Below are positions 7,442 through 17,756 of a stretch of DNA of 50,291 nucleotides, one piece after another. The stretch is from a bacterium. Its GTDB lineage: Bacteria > Zhuqueibacterota > Zhuqueibacteria > Oceanimicrobiales > Oceanimicrobiaceae. The notes beneath the pieces are model-generated. The model did not search any database. It was not told the DNA's origin and saw nothing but the letters and a program-made list of their open reading frames with translations. Location of the stretch: NCBI GenBank assembly GCA_046758365.1, contig JBHIAC010000008.1:1-50291 (forward strand). The letters are read 5' to 3'. How positions within the stretch are numbered: position 1 is the stretch's first letter; the number at the start of each line of letters is the position of its first letter. Made by a program: the position numbers and the translations under genes.

Positions 7442-7960
7442 TCAAGTTATTTGAATATTTGGTGAATCTTTTTTATTATAAGCAAAAATATAAAAAAATT
7501 CAAGATAATTAATATATTTTGCTTTTCTACAACTTAAATTTGAATTATTGGAATAAGCTAATTCTTCTTTTAACAGGACTTTGTCAATTTCTATCTGAGC
7601 CGTAGTAATTCGAATAATTCTTGGACCTTTAATATAAGATATATACTCTCCAAAACCAGCACGCTTTACACAACGCTTGATATAACTTAACGAGAGTTCA
7701 CTTGACTCTCCCGGCGGTGGTGCCTCACCTAATATAATAGAAGCCAACTGTAACTTTTTAAGACTATCTGGCACTATAACCTTTCCAATGTCCCCTAATC
7801 TAATTTTGGGACCTAATACTAAAGCTTTTGTTTTGAGATTAATCGAAAATTTTTCATTGCTATTTAATGTTTTATTTTGACTGAAACCTGTTTCTAAAAA
7901 GACAAATAATATTATTACTAAGCATAAAATATCACCTAATATTTTGTTACTTCTTTTCAT
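7442..7960 (-). CDS. Exported protein resembling only the N-terminal domain of long FlgA proteins; possibly truncated
   Basis: Signal-like N-terminus and V.GPKIRLGDI...ILGEAPPPGES motif; no SAF domain, and the last ~35 residues look like non-coding read-through. Confidence 0.5.
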   Translation of the reverse strand: MKRSNKILGDILCLVIILFVFLETGFSQNKTLNSNEKFSINLKTKALVLGPKIRLGDIGKVIVPDSLKKLQLASIILGEAPPPGESSELSLSYIKRCVKRAGFGEYISYIKGPRIIRITTAQIEIDKVLLKEELAYSNNSNLSCRKAKYINYLEFFYIFAYNKKDSPNIQIT

Positions 7961-7989
7961 GATTAACTACCTCATTGAATCTAATTCTT

Positions 7990-9045
7990 TTATATATCTA
8001 ACATGTGTGTTTTACCATAATATTTTTTTCTAATTGGACTGGTAATTTGATTAAACTTTTGAATTATATTAAAAATTTTCTTTGCGTTTAATTCTATTAT
8101 TTCAAGTTTTTTTATATGACTTTCCTGAAATTGATTTTCATCTTTTCGTAAAAGCTGGATGTTCCCTATAATAGGAGTTAATGGGTTATTAATTTTATGG
8201 TTAATGGTGGCAAGAGCTTCTGTAATTGCTGTAAGGCGTTCTTTTTCCAGTAACTCCTTTTCAAGCCGTTTCTGGTTAGTGAGGTCTTGGCCAACCACAA
8301 GTAAACCTAGGACATTCTCATTATGGTCTTTTAAATAAGAATATGTAATTCCCATTGGAATTCCTTTACCGTATTTCGATTTAATATAAAGTTCTTTGGT
8401 TACCATAGGAGTAAACGGATTGATATTATTAAGCATTTCCATGTGGAAATTTTTTCCAGATAATAGCAATGAATTAAAAGATATTTTTAAGATTTCGTCA
8501 GACCGATAACCAAGAATGTCTTCAGCGCCCTTGTTAATAAATGTAATTTTACCTTCAATATCAGTCGTAATAATAGCCACGGGACAACTTGCAATTAAAT
8601 TTTCTAAAAAATTTTTAGCATTTTCAATTGCCTTTTTTAACTTATTATTTCTTATTTTTATTTCATTTGTGACAAATGTATTTTCTATAATATTCAATAA
8701 CTCTTTATGGCCAAATGGTTTTTCCAGATAGGCGTTTAATCCCCTTTGGAGAAGCCGCTTTATCTCATCTTGAGACTGACTTATTGCAGTTAGCATTATG
8801 ACGGGAATATTACGGAAATTACGGTATCGTGAATGAGTCAAGAATTCTTCAAATGTTTCACTTCCATTTTTTTTGGGCATCATAAAGTCTAATATGATCA
8901 GATCAGGTTTTTCTGAAATGATTTTTTCTAGTCCATCATTTCCGTTAAAAGCTGACGAAAATTGGTAACCTGCTTTCTCCATGATGATTCGAATATGCTC
9001 ATGGATATCCTTATCATCATCAATGAGTAGAATCTTTTTGCTCAT
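7990..9045 (-). CDS. REC-PAS-HisKA signalling protein lacking an ATPase domain
   Basis: LIDDD...LDFMMP...KP receiver; PAS (IITTDIEGKITFINKGAE); H-box NHKINNPLT; the protein ends without N/G1/G2 boxes. Confidence 0.85.
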   Translation of the reverse strand: MSKKILLIDDDKDIHEHIRIIMEKAGYQFSSAFNGNDGLEKIISEKPDLIILDFMMPKKNGSETFEEFLTHSRYRNFRNIPVIMLTAISQSQDEIKRLLQRGLNAYLEKPFGHKELLNIIENTFVTNEIKIRNNKLKKAIENAKNFLENLIASCPVAIITTDIEGKITFINKGAEDILGYRSDEILKISFNSLLLSGKNFHMEMLNNINPFTPMVTKELYIKSKYGKGIPMGITYSYLKDHNENVLGLLVVGQDLTNQKRLEKELLEKERLTAITEALATINHKINNPLTPIIGNIQLLRKDENQFQESHIKKLEIIELNAKKIFNIIQKFNQITSPIRKKYYGKTHMLDI

Positions 9046-9571
9046 AGGAATCTAAATTTAAGTAAATTCGATTATAAATCTTACGGGTGATTTCCTTGCT
9101 TAGGGATTCAATCTGTTTTATTTCTTTCTCATCAAAAGCATTAGGAACAACATGTCCCAAGTTCAGCACCCCCACTATTTTATTATTTATCTCGAGTGGC
9201 ATCGACAAATACGATCTTACTGGATTTTGGCCGTGACGACTTCCACGATGAATGTCAGGAAGGTAAATCAATTTACCCTTCTGAGCTACCCAAGCTGACA
9301 GACCGGTTCCCATTGGGAAATGAACTGCACTGATAAAATTAAGACCATCGCCTTTATTGGCAACTTCTTTTAACGTCCGAGATTCCTTTTCAAATAAAAA
9401 TAAACTACCCGATTCAAATTCTACAATTTGGTTTAAATTTTCCATAAAGTTTTGAATTAAATATAGGCAGGAACTATCCTCGTAAAATTTTCCCGGTAAT
9501 TTAGTATCTTTCTTAGATTTGGAGCTCATAAATCTAACAATACTATCCAATTTACCTCTGAAAAATATCAC
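9020..9571 (-). CDS. Stand-alone GAF domain protein
   Basis: GSLFLFE...GLSAWVAQKGK...RSYLSMPL..NKIVGVLNL...NAF GAF motifs; overlaps the downstream REC gene. Confidence 0.85.
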   Translation of the reverse strand: MIFFRGKLDSIVRFMSSKSKKDTKLPGKFYEDSSCLYLIQNFMENLNQIVEFESGSLFLFEKESRTLKEVANKGDGLNFISAVHFPMGTGLSAWVAQKGKLIYLPDIHRGSRHGQNPVRSYLSMPLEINNKIVGVLNLGHVVPNAFDEKEIKQIESLSKEITRKIYNRIYLNLDSYEQKDSTH

Positions 9572-9624
9572 TTAATTCATTTTCCAATATTGTATTTTAA
9601 TAATTTAGCGCAACCTAATTAGAA

Positions 9625-10389
9625 TTATGATAAAACTTCTTTTTCCAAGGCACTTTTCAAACTTTCTATTGCTTTACTGTGAATTTGAGAGACCCTGGAT
9701 TCTGTAATATTTAATACTTGACCAATCTCTTTGAGTGTAAGTTCTTCATAATAATAAAGTGCCATCACAATTTTTTCTTGTTCATTCAAGTTTTCTATGG
9801 CTTCAATCAAAAGTTTTTTCATCTCCTCGTGTTCAAGAGATCGATAAGGATTCTCTGATTGAGGATTCTCCAGTAGATCGTACATAGAAGTAAAATGCTC
9901 TGTATCTTCAACACGACCTCCGTCTAATGAAAGCAAAGACGCTATGGTAAGATCACGTAAAACAGCTTTGTATTCGTCGAGGTCCATTTTTAATTCTTGC
10001 GCGATTTCCTGATCGCAGGCTTCACGCCCTAACTCTTTTTCCAAATGCTCATTCGCTCTATCAACCATTCTTGCTTTAGAACGTAAAGACCTGGGGGCCC
10101 AATCTAGAGTTCTTAGTTCATCTAAAATAGCCCCTTTAATTCGTGGTAGGACAAATGTTTCAAATTTAACGCCTTGATCAGGATTAAACCGGTCCAGTGC
10201 TCCCATTAATCCTATAACCCCAGCACTTAAAAGGTCATTGTAATCAACTGAAGAGGGTAACGTAAACATCATTTTACCGGCTACATATTTGACCAGTGGT
10301 AAATAATTTGTTAAAAGTTTTTCCTTCGCTTTTAAATTTCGATTTGCTGTATATTCCTTCCAGAGACTGTAGTGATAGGACGATTTCAT
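9625..10389 (-). CDS. fliA: RNA polymerase sigma28 factor FliA/WhiG
   Basis: YLPLVKYVA, DLLSAGVIGL, RIKGAILDELRTLDWAPRSLR, EELTLKEIGQVLNITESRVSQIH. Confidence 0.95.
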   Translation of the reverse strand: MKSSYHYSLWKEYTANRNLKAKEKLLTNYLPLVKYVAGKMMFTLPSSVDYNDLLSAGVIGLMGALDRFNPDQGVKFETFVLPRIKGAILDELRTLDWAPRSLRSKARMVDRANEHLEKELGREACDQEIAQELKMDLDEYKAVLRDLTIASLLSLDGGRVEDTEHFTSMYDLLENPQSENPYRSLEHEEMKKLLIEAIENLNEQEKIVMALYYYEELTLKEIGQVLNITESRVSQIHSKAIESLKSALEKEVLS

Positions 10390-10570
10390 TTTTTCACTCC
10401 ATTTTATTTAGATAATTTTTTTTCGATAAGAATGGTATTCAGGTAATGCAATTGCCAATTATAAGATCACATTGAGTTGATTGCTTATTGCTCCCTTTCC
10501 CTTGCGTTGGATGGCTGGTAACAATTTATCCAATTATTGATTGCTAAATTGTTAAAATGCCTTGTATTTT

Positions 10571-10587
10571 TTGCAACATCTATGCCA
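10571..10587 (-). promoter_or_regulatory. sigma54 (-24/-12) promoter upstream of fliA
   Basis: TGGCATAGATGTTGCAA, exact GG-N10-GC spacing. Confidence 0.75.
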
Positions 10588-10809
10588 CCCATAGAAGTCA
10601 AATATTATCGTAAATTAAAAAGGATTAGGTGATTTTAATAAATGGGATATACTGAAAATTTTTACAAGCGGTTAATGAGAAATGTCTAATTAAAATAAAT
10701 GGTTAATGCAGGTGGGTATTTTGTATAAATATTTAATCAATAAAAATTTACTAACTCAATCTCTCAAATCTCGCTAACATCGTTTTGAGTTAAGATTTCA
10801 AATTAGGAA

Positions 10810-10842
10810 GGAATTATTTACCTAGAATTGTAATTTATTTCC
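10810..10842. promoter_or_regulatory. Paired imperfect palindromes, candidate enhancer for the fliA sigma54 promoter
   Basis: GGAATTATTTACC (10810-10822) and GTAATTTATTTCC (10830-10842), 20 bp apart, about 230 bp upstream of the -24 box. Confidence 0.35.
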
Positions 10843-10845
10843 CAC

Positions 10846-12234
10846 TTAATCCAATTCATGCGTTAATAGACCTTCTTTTTTATATTCTCTAAGTTTGTTT
10901 CTTAAGGTTCTAACACTTATGCCTAATTTTTCAGAAGCCCATGTTCGATTCCAATTTTGTTCTTTTAAGGTCTGCAATATTAATTTTTTTTCCATTTCTT
11001 TAAGAGTCAATCCTGACGGTGATGACAAGAATGAAGCAGATTGATTTTCAATCCCATTATAGTTTCCAAAAAATAGATGTTTTTTTTGAATTGTATTCTC
11101 TCTGCAAATGACAACCGCACGTTCCACAGTATTTTCAAGTTCCCGAACATTTCCGGGCCAGTCATATTGAATTAAATAATTTAAAGCATCTCCATCTATT
11201 CTTTTAATAGGGCGATTATTCTCTTTTGCATACATTTCTATGAAATAATTCACTAAGAGTGGAATGTCATCTTTTCTTTCTTTTAAAGTAGGTAGAGAAA
11301 TAGGCACAACATTTAATCGATAAAACAAATCTTCACGAAATTTTCTTTTTTCAACTTCGTCCCTCAAATCATGATTTGTGGTGGCAATGATTCTCACATC
11401 CACATGAATAGTTTCCGGGTTACCTAATTTTTCAAACTCTTTTTCTTGAAGAACTCTTAATAACTTAGCCTGAAGACTTGGCTTAATTTCGCTAATTTCA
11501 TCTAATAGAAGGGTTCCTCCATCCGCTAATTCAAACCGTCCTTTAGTTCGTCGTAATGCTCCAGTAAAAGCTCCTTTTTCATGACCAAACAGCTCACTTT
11601 CAATTAACCCTTCAGGAATGGCTGCACAATTAGTTTTTACAAAAGGTCGTTCTCGACGAGGGCTTAGCTGATGAATAGCTTTCGCAATAAGTTCTTTTCC
11701 AGTCCCACTGGCTCCTTGTATTAAAACAGTGGCTTTAGTGGGCGCTACCATTTCTACCGATTCAAAGACCTTCTGTAATTTGGGACTTTTACCAATTATA
11801 TTTTCTATTCCGTAGCGACTTCCCAGCTCTGATCTCAACATTTCATTCTCTTTGACCAGTCTTTGATAATTAAAAAATTTTTCCACCGTCAATTCAATTT
11901 CGTCAAGAGAAAATCCTTTCGTTAAATAGTCGTACGCGCCTACTCGCATAGCCTCAACAGCACTTTGAACAGAACCGTGAGCCGTTATCATTATTAAACC
12001 CAAATCTGGGTCTATTTGTTTGGCTGTTTTAAGAATTTCCATGCCATTTAAATCGGGTAGAAATAAATCTGTAATAACTAAATCAAAATTTTTATTTTTT
12101 ATCTGGTCTAAAGCCTCTTTGCCATTTTCCGCTAAGGTCACCTGATATTTTTTCTTGCTTAAGGCTTCAAATAACATACTGCATATAGTAGGTTCATCAT
12201 CAATTACCAAAATTTTTGGCAATTTTAAAGACAT
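10846..12234 (-). CDS. NtrC-family sigma54-dependent response regulator (FleR/FlrC-like by context)
   Basis: REC domain, GASGTGKE Walker A, ESELFGHEKGAFTGA, FREDLFYRLNV, C-terminal Fis-type HTH (LGISVRTLRNKL). Confidence 0.93.
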   Translation of the reverse strand: MSLKLPKILVIDDEPTICSMLFEALSKKKYQVTLAENGKEALDQIKNKNFDLVITDLFLPDLNGMEILKTAKQIDPDLGLIMITAHGSVQSAVEAMRVGAYDYLTKGFSLDEIELTVEKFFNYQRLVKENEMLRSELGSRYGIENIIGKSPKLQKVFESVEMVAPTKATVLIQGASGTGKELIAKAIHQLSPRRERPFVKTNCAAIPEGLIESELFGHEKGAFTGALRRTKGRFELADGGTLLLDEISEIKPSLQAKLLRVLQEKEFEKLGNPETIHVDVRIIATTNHDLRDEVEKRKFREDLFYRLNVVPISLPTLKERKDDIPLLVNYFIEMYAKENNRPIKRIDGDALNYLIQYDWPGNVRELENTVERAVVICRENTIQKKHLFFGNYNGIENQSASFLSSPSGLTLKEMEKKLILQTLKEQNWNRTWASEKLGISVRTLRNKLREYKKEGLLTHELD

Positions 12235-12511
12235 AGAAGTCTCTCCTGACTAATAAAAGCTTAGAGTTTTAGGTACATCTGAGAATTATTTGCAAATATT
12301 CTATCAATGCGACGCAAAATATGAGTGAATGAAGTAAAGGGGGTACTAACCGAGAAAAGTTTTTGACACGAAACAATAAAGACCCCTTAAATTTCACATC
12401 TGAATATTTTCACGGTTGAAATGACTCCAGAATTTCTATTCTTCAAACACTCAACAATAAATGACCTAGGTGCGAAACACCAATGTGATATATAAATATC
12501 CTATTTTTGAA

Positions 12512-12527
12512 TGCAATGGTTGTGCCG
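12512..12527 (-). promoter_or_regulatory. sigma54 promoter upstream of the NtrC-family regulator
   Basis: CGGCACAACCATTGCA, exact GG-N10-GC spacing. Confidence 0.65.
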
Positions 12528-12657
12528 AATTAAATTTTAATGGTAACTATAATATTTTTAATGTATTATTTAGATATAATGGTTTTCTTTTTAATAGGAA
12601 ATTATGAACAAAAATAAGGCGAGTGGACGAAAAGAAGTCACATTGAAGTTAACAATA

Positions 12658-13428
12658 TTACTTGTTCATTACTCTTTTATAAATTATCCATAATCCTTCT
12701 AAGGTTAAAAATGGCTCCAATTTAGCTGAAATTTGAAGCTTAGCAAAAATTTGTTCCGCAATGCCCCCAGTAATGATTATTTCTGCCTTTTTCCCTAATT
12801 CTTCCGTCAGTCTCCGAACAAGACCGTTCACCATTTCCACAGTCCCAAACATAATTCCAGCCTGCATACTGGTTTCCGTGGTCTTGGCGATTAAGTGCTT
12901 AGGAAATTTCAATTCTATTTTTGGCAGTCGAGCCGCATATTGATAAAGAGCATAAGATGAAGATTCCACTCCAGGAGCAATGATTCCACCTAAATATTCA
13001 GCATTTTCTGATACGATGTCAAAGGTAGTGGCAGTTCCAAAATCTATAATAATCAAAGGGCCACCATATTTTTGAAATCCTGCCACAGAATTACAAATAC
13101 GGTCGGCGCCCACAGAGTGGGGATCATGGTAAAGTATTTTTAAGCCTGAATCAATGTCTGAATCCACCACGACCGTTGGCACTCCCAGTTGATTCTCAGC
13201 CATGGCTACATAAATAGGCGTTTGATCGGGCACAACCGAGGAAATGGCACACGCTGATATAGCGGTTAGCTCTAACTCCTGACTCTGGCACAACATATTT
13301 ACCATGATCCAGCATTCATCTTTTGTGCGATTGACACCGCTGGAAAAACGCCAATGACCCAATAATTTATCTTTTGAATATACCCCTATGGTAATGAGGG
13401 TGTTTCCTATGTCTATCGCCAGCAACAC
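12658..13428 (-). CDS. coaX: Type III pantothenate kinase
   Basis: LAIDIGNT, VGADR, IIDFGTATT, GGIIAPG motifs. Confidence 0.95.
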   Translation of the reverse strand: MLLAIDIGNTLITIGVYSKDKLLGHWRFSSGVNRTKDECWIMVNMLCQSQELELTAISACAISSVVPDQTPIYVAMAENQLGVPTVVVDSDIDSGLKILYHDPHSVGADRICNSVAGFQKYGGPLIIIDFGTATTFDIVSENAEYLGGIIAPGVESSSYALYQYAARLPKIELKFPKHLIAKTTETSMQAGIMFGTVEMVNGLVRRLTEELGKKAEIIITGGIAEQIFAKLQISAKLEPFLTLEGLWIIYKRVMNK

Positions 13429-13429
13429 G

Positions 13430-14248
13430 TCAATTTTTCTCTATTTTTAATGAAGTGTCTCCTACACTAAATTGCTTAATTTCACCATGAGCAAGTCGTA
13501 GTAAAAGTCTACCTCCCTCATCTAAATCTTCAAAAATCCCTTCTATTTCGCGAGCATTTTGCCTAATTATTAATTTCTTATTTAAATATGGACATCTTCT
13601 TTTCCACGCATCAAGAATCATGGAAATTTTTCCAGTTTTGAATTCCAGATATTGTTTTTCTAAAAAATGTAGAACTTCAACCAACAAATTAAGACGATCA
13701 ATGGAACCTTTAGATTCAATTTGTAATGATGTTGCATAATTACGAATTTCTTCTGAAAAATCTACTTCTGACTGATTAACATTGATTCCTATGCCCAGAA
13801 TAATAAAAGAAAGCCTTCTACTTTCTATTTCAGTTTCAATTAGAGCCCCGCAAAATTTTTTTGAATTAATTAACAAATCATTTGGCCATTTTAAAATAGG
13901 GGTTAAATTAGTTATTTTTTCAACGGCTTCAGCAATCGATACACCAGCTAAAAGCGAGATTATCCCTGCTTTGTCAATAGAAATATCAGGTCTAAGAATT
14001 AATGAAAACCAAAGGCCTTTGCCAGGCGGAGATTCCCAGCTTCTGCCCAGCCTTCCACGTCCTTTGGTTTGCTGATCTGATATTATCAAGGAACCTTCCG
14101 GCACTCCCTCTTGCGCCAGCCTTTTCGCATAAGAATTGGTTGAACTTAGCTGACCAAAGGCATATATCTTTTTTGCAATTAATTTGCTTTTCAGTCTTTT
14201 TTGAATCTCCTCTTCATTTAAGGGTAATTGTTTTTTGTTATGAACCAT
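13430..14248 (-). CDS. birA: Biotin--[acetyl-CoA-carboxylase] ligase (no HTH)
   Basis: SSTN, QTKGRGRLGRSW, KWPNDL...KKFCGAL, GIGINVN. Confidence 0.95.
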   Translation of the reverse strand: MVHNKKQLPLNEEEIQKRLKSKLIAKKIYAFGQLSSTNSYAKRLAQEGVPEGSLIISDQQTKGRGRLGRSWESPPGKGLWFSLILRPDISIDKAGIISLLAGVSIAEAVEKITNLTPILKWPNDLLINSKKFCGALIETEIESRRLSFIILGIGINVNQSEVDFSEEIRNYATSLQIESKGSIDRLNLLVEVLHFLEKQYLEFKTGKISMILDAWKRRCPYLNKKLIIRQNAREIEGIFEDLDEGGRLLLRLAHGEIKQFSVGDTSLKIEKN

Positions 14249-14281
14249 AAAAATAAACTAATTCGTGTGAAAAATATTTGA

Positions 14282-15895
14282 TTATGTTTCTTTATAGGTC
14301 CCAAAAATTTCCCTCAGAGCACCTGAAATTTCCCCTAAAGTAGCATAGGCTTCAGCACAATCTATAATTCTTGGTAAAAGATTTTCTGAGCCAGCCGCTG
14401 CTCTTTTTAATTCTGCTAATACATTATTTACTTTTTCATTATCTCTTTTTGCTTTCAATCCCTTTAGGCGATTTGCCTGATCAATTCTTACCGTGGGATC
14501 AACTTTAAGAATTTTCGTGTCTGCTACTTCATCTTCTTTAAACTCATTAACTCCAACAATAACCCTTTCCTTAGACTCTATTGCGTTTTGATATTCATAG
14601 GCACTTTTTGAAATTTCTGTTTGAAAGTATTTTTTTTGAATAGCCTTAATTGCGCCACCCATCGCATCAATTTTATTTAAATAGGTCCAAACTTTCGATT
14701 CAATTTCATGAGTTAAACTCTCTAAGAAGTAAGACCCTCCCAAGGGATCGACTGTATCTGCTACCCCAGATTCATGAGCAATAATTTGTTGCGTCCTCAA
14801 AGCAATTCTAACCGATTCTTCGGTGGGTAAAGCCAGGGCTTCGTCTTTTGAATTGGTATGGAGGGATTGAGTCCCGCCTAATATTGCGGCCAGCGCTTGT
14901 AAGGTGACTCGGATGATATTATTATTCGGCTGTTGAGCAGTCAAGGTAGAGCCGGCTGTTTGTGTGTGAAACCGAAGCATCATAGCTTTTAGATTTTTAG
15001 CCAAAAATTTTTCTTTCATTATTTTGGCCCAAATTCTTCGAGCCGCTCGAAATTTGGCGATTTCTTCGAAAAAGTTATTGTGACACGTAAAAAAGAAAGA
15101 AAGACGAGCACCAAATTCATCAACATTCAATCCGCGCTGCTGAGCTGCTGTAACATAGGCGATGGCATTGGCAAAAGTAAAAGCCAATTCCTGCACGGCA
15201 TTGGAACCAGCTTCCCGAATATGATATCCGCTTATGGAAATGGTATTCCATTTAGGTAGATTATCTTTGCAATATTCGAAAATATCTGTTACTAACCGAA
15301 TAGAGGGCTCAGGAGGATAAATATAAGTTGACCTTGCGATATACTCCTTCAATATATCGTTTTGTATTGTACCACTAATTTGTTTTAAATTAGCACCCTG
15401 CTTCTTTGCAACAGCTACATAGAATGCCAAAAGTATAGCAGCCGTAGCATTAATGGTCATGGAGGTGGTAATTTTCTCCAATGGGATTCTGTCAAACAAA
15501 CTCTCCATATCTTCTAAGCTGTCGATGGCGACGCCTGCTCTTCCTACTTCCCCTTCGGCTAAAGGATGGTCGGAATCATATCCCATCTGAGTTGGAAGAT
15601 CGAAGGCTATGGATAAGCCAGTTTGTCCTCGTTGAAGAAGATAACGAAACCTTTGGTTTGTTTCTTTTGCAGTCGCAAAGCCACTGTATTGCCGCATGGT
15701 CCAAAGTCTACTTCGATACATGTTGGGATATATCCCCCGAGTAAAAGGATACTCCCCTGGCAAACTTATATCGGATAATAGTTCAGAGACATCAGATGCT
15801 TTATAGAGACGCTTTAACTCAATTCCTGATTCAGTTTTAAATGAGGTTTTCCGCTCAGCTAATTTATTGTGGCTGGCTTTAAAATCCTTTGACAT
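14282..15895 (-). CDS. Methylmalonyl-CoA mutase, substrate-binding (large) subunit
   Basis: [18 protein letters not shown] (Tyr specificity residue), [20 protein letters not shown]; no fused B12-binding domain. Confidence 0.92.
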   Translation of the reverse strand: MSKDFKASHNKLAERKTSFKTESGIELKRLYKASDVSELLSDISLPGEYPFTRGIYPNMYRSRLWTMRQYSGFATAKETNQRFRYLLQRGQTGLSIAFDLPTQMGYDSDHPLAEGEVGRAGVAIDSLEDMESLFDRIPLEKITTSMTINATAAILLAFYVAVAKKQGANLKQISGTIQNDILKEYIARSTYIYPPEPSIRLVTDIFEYCKDNLPKWNTISISGYHIREAGSNAVQELAFTFANAIAYVTAAQQRGLNVDEFGARLSFFFTCHNNFFEEIAKFRAARRIWAKIMKEKFLAKNLKAMMLRFHTQTAGSTLTAQQPNNNIIRVTLQALAAILGGTQSLHTNSKDEALALPTEESVRIALRTQQIIAHESGVADTVDPLGGSYFLESLTHEIESKVWTYLNKIDAMGGAIKAIQKKYFQTEISKSAYEYQNAIESKERVIVGVNEFKEDEVADTKILKVDPTVRIDQANRLKGLKAKRDNEKVNNVLAELKRAAAGSENLLPRIIDCAEAYATLGEISGALREIFGTYKET

Positions 15896-15906
15896 AAGCG
15901 ATTAAA

Positions 15907-16836
15907 TTAATTATTAATAGGAGTCGTTAATTTAGTATCACCGTATTTTTCTCTGGGATGAAAATTTCGATGAACTTCTTTTAAATATTCCTGATCAAGA
16001 TGTGTATAAATTTGAGTAGTAGAAATATCAACATGGCCTAACATCTCTTGAACAGCCCTAAGATCAGCTCCACCTTCGATGAGATGCGTTGCAAAGGAAT
16101 GACGAAACGTATGCGGCGTTACTTTTTTTTTAATTCCTGCTTTATTTACGTATGAACGTAAAATTTTCCAAAAGCCCATTCTGGTTAATGGTTTCCCATG
16201 CCAGTTTAAAAAAACACAATCTAGGGGCTTCCCCTTTTTACTGAGTAACGGTCGAACATTTTTTAAATATTGATAGGTAAAATAGATAGCCTGTTCACCG
16301 ATGGGCACCAGTCGTTCTTTAGAGCCTTTACCAATAACTCTAATAAATCCATCAGAAAAAAATAGATCTGAATTATGAATAGAAATGAGTTCTGATACAC
16401 GTAGTCCAGTGGCATATAGAAATTCAAGCATTGCTTTATCACGAAGTCCTTTCGGCTCAGAAATGTCTGGCTGCTCAAGAATCAATTCAACCTCTGATTG
16501 ATCTAAAACTGAAGGTAAATTTTTAGACCGTTTTGGAAAACTAATATTTAATGTTGGATCAATTTGGAGATAGTTTTCCCCTACTAAAAAACGATGAAAC
16601 ATTCTAATGGCAGATAAATTTCTTGCACTACTTGCTGGCGCATAACCAATTTCGTTTAATAAGTGGATCAATGCAAGTACATCTGATGTGTCAATCTGAT
16701 CCAGGCTTTTATAACCTTTAATTTTTAGATAATTTAAATAACGATTCAAATCGTTTTGGTAAGATAAAACGGTATTGAATGCTGCATTCTTTTCGATGCG
16801 AAGAAAATTGAGGAATTCAGTTAAATATTCTTCCAT
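15907..16836 (-). CDS. xerD: Site-specific tyrosine recombinase XerD
   Basis: YATGLRVSEL, GKGSKERLVP, HTFRHSFATHLIEGGADLRAVQEMLGH..ISTTQIYTH. Confidence 0.93.
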   Translation of the reverse strand: MEEYLTEFLNFLRIEKNAAFNTVLSYQNDLNRYLNYLKIKGYKSLDQIDTSDVLALIHLLNEIGYAPASSARNLSAIRMFHRFLVGENYLQIDPTLNISFPKRSKNLPSVLDQSEVELILEQPDISEPKGLRDKAMLEFLYATGLRVSELISIHNSDLFFSDGFIRVIGKGSKERLVPIGEQAIYFTYQYLKNVRPLLSKKGKPLDCVFLNWHGKPLTRMGFWKILRSYVNKAGIKKKVTPHTFRHSFATHLIEGGADLRAVQEMLGHVDISTTQIYTHLDQEYLKEVHRNFHPREKYGDTKLTTPINN

Positions 16837-16912
16837 CTACCAAACGCGGACACGCCGCAACCAAAAAGGTTTTTAACAAATGATACTAATAATTGTATAT
16901 AATCATTAAATT

Positions 16913-17356
16913 TTATTTCGATTTCGGAAGTATTCCTTCAGTAAGAGAAAGGGCTATTCCTGAAAGCATCACCTCGGGACCCAATTTGGTAAAATCTCCT
17001 GAGAGCAGGCTTGATTCTACATTTGCGTATAGGGAACACCCCGCTTCTTTTTCTATAATAAGACCAGAAAGACGTCCTTGCAACTCACCAATAAATGTAA
17101 CCTCACCCAACATCTCACTTACCACATATCCAGTACAAAAATGAAGCTGAAGGTGTGTATTCATAGTATAGACACTAATTAAATTTCCAATTTTATTTCC
17201 AATGGGTATATTGGGATAAATTTCTAAAGAGAGCTTTCGTCCGTCTTCTTTATTTTCTAAAATAAAACGATAGTTATTGCCCCAATGTTTGGCTTCCACG
17301 CCCAAGACGTTAGCAATTTTATCTATATCTTTTTTTGTAATATTCACAATTATCAC
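16913..17356 (-). CDS. Hypothetical protein
   Basis: 147-aa ORF with GGAG RBS, co-oriented between csp and xerD; no recognised motif. Confidence 0.7.
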   Translation of the reverse strand: MIIVNITKKDIDKIANVLGVEAKHWGNNYRFILENKEDGRKLSLEIYPNIPIGNKIGNLISVYTMNTHLQLHFCTGYVVSEMLGEVTFIGELQGRLSGLIIEKEAGCSLYANVESSLLSGDFTKLGPEVMLSGIALSLTEGILPKSK

Positions 17357-17376
17357 TCCAATATATAATAAACAAA

Positions 17377-17397
17377 ACCCCGATTTTTAATCGGGGT
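17377..17397 (-). terminator. Terminator after the cold-shock gene
   Basis: ACCCCGATT-TTT-AATCGGGGT hairpin followed by a U-rich run on the minus strand. Confidence 0.65.
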
Positions 17398-17451
17398 ATA
17401 AATCCTTTCATTTAAAATCATAGGGACAATCAAGATATATTTCGTGGCGTA

Positions 17452-17652
17452 CTATAATCTAATGACCTTAGTAGCCTGCAGTCCTTTTTCACCAGATATA
17501 CTCTCAAATTCTACTTCAGCCCCTTCTGGAAGAGTTTTATAACCATCCATTTCAATTACTGAAAAATGGAAAAAAACATCTTGACCGTCTTCTTGTTCAA
17601 TGAAACCATATCCTTTGTGTTCATTGAACCATTTAACTCTACCTTTCGCCAT
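17452..17652 (-). CDS. Cold-shock domain protein
   Basis: GRVKWFN..KGYGFI, DVFFHFS RNP motifs. Confidence 0.96.
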   Translation of the reverse strand: MAKGRVKWFNEHKGYGFIEQEDGQDVFFHFSVIEMDGYKTLPEGAEVEFESISGEKGLQATKVIRL

Positions 17653-17707
17653 ACTTCCTTATTCCTCCTCATAATTTGTGATAATTTGTTCGCCTTAAAT
17701 TAATTGC

Positions 17708-17736
17708 AATATAATTAATAAATTATTTTTTGTCAA
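17708..17736 (-). promoter_or_regulatory. sigma70 promoter of the csp gene
   Basis: TTGACA-N17-TATATT. Confidence 0.65.
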
Positions 17737-17756
17737 GATTTTTTTAGGATTTAGAT

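Noticed and set aside
12290..12340. GCAAA...GACGCAAA resembling a c-di-GMP-I riboswitch
   Set aside because: It lies antisense to the downstream gene and lacks the GNRA stem and P3 pairing.
12623..12633. GTGGACGAAAA match to the MITE terminal repeat
   Set aside because: Only 11 bp, with no partner inverted repeat; compatible with chance.
15907..16836. Tyrosine recombinase as the island integrase
   Set aside because: Canonical XerD motifs, no arm-binding domain, housekeeping context more than 10 kb from the att-like sites.
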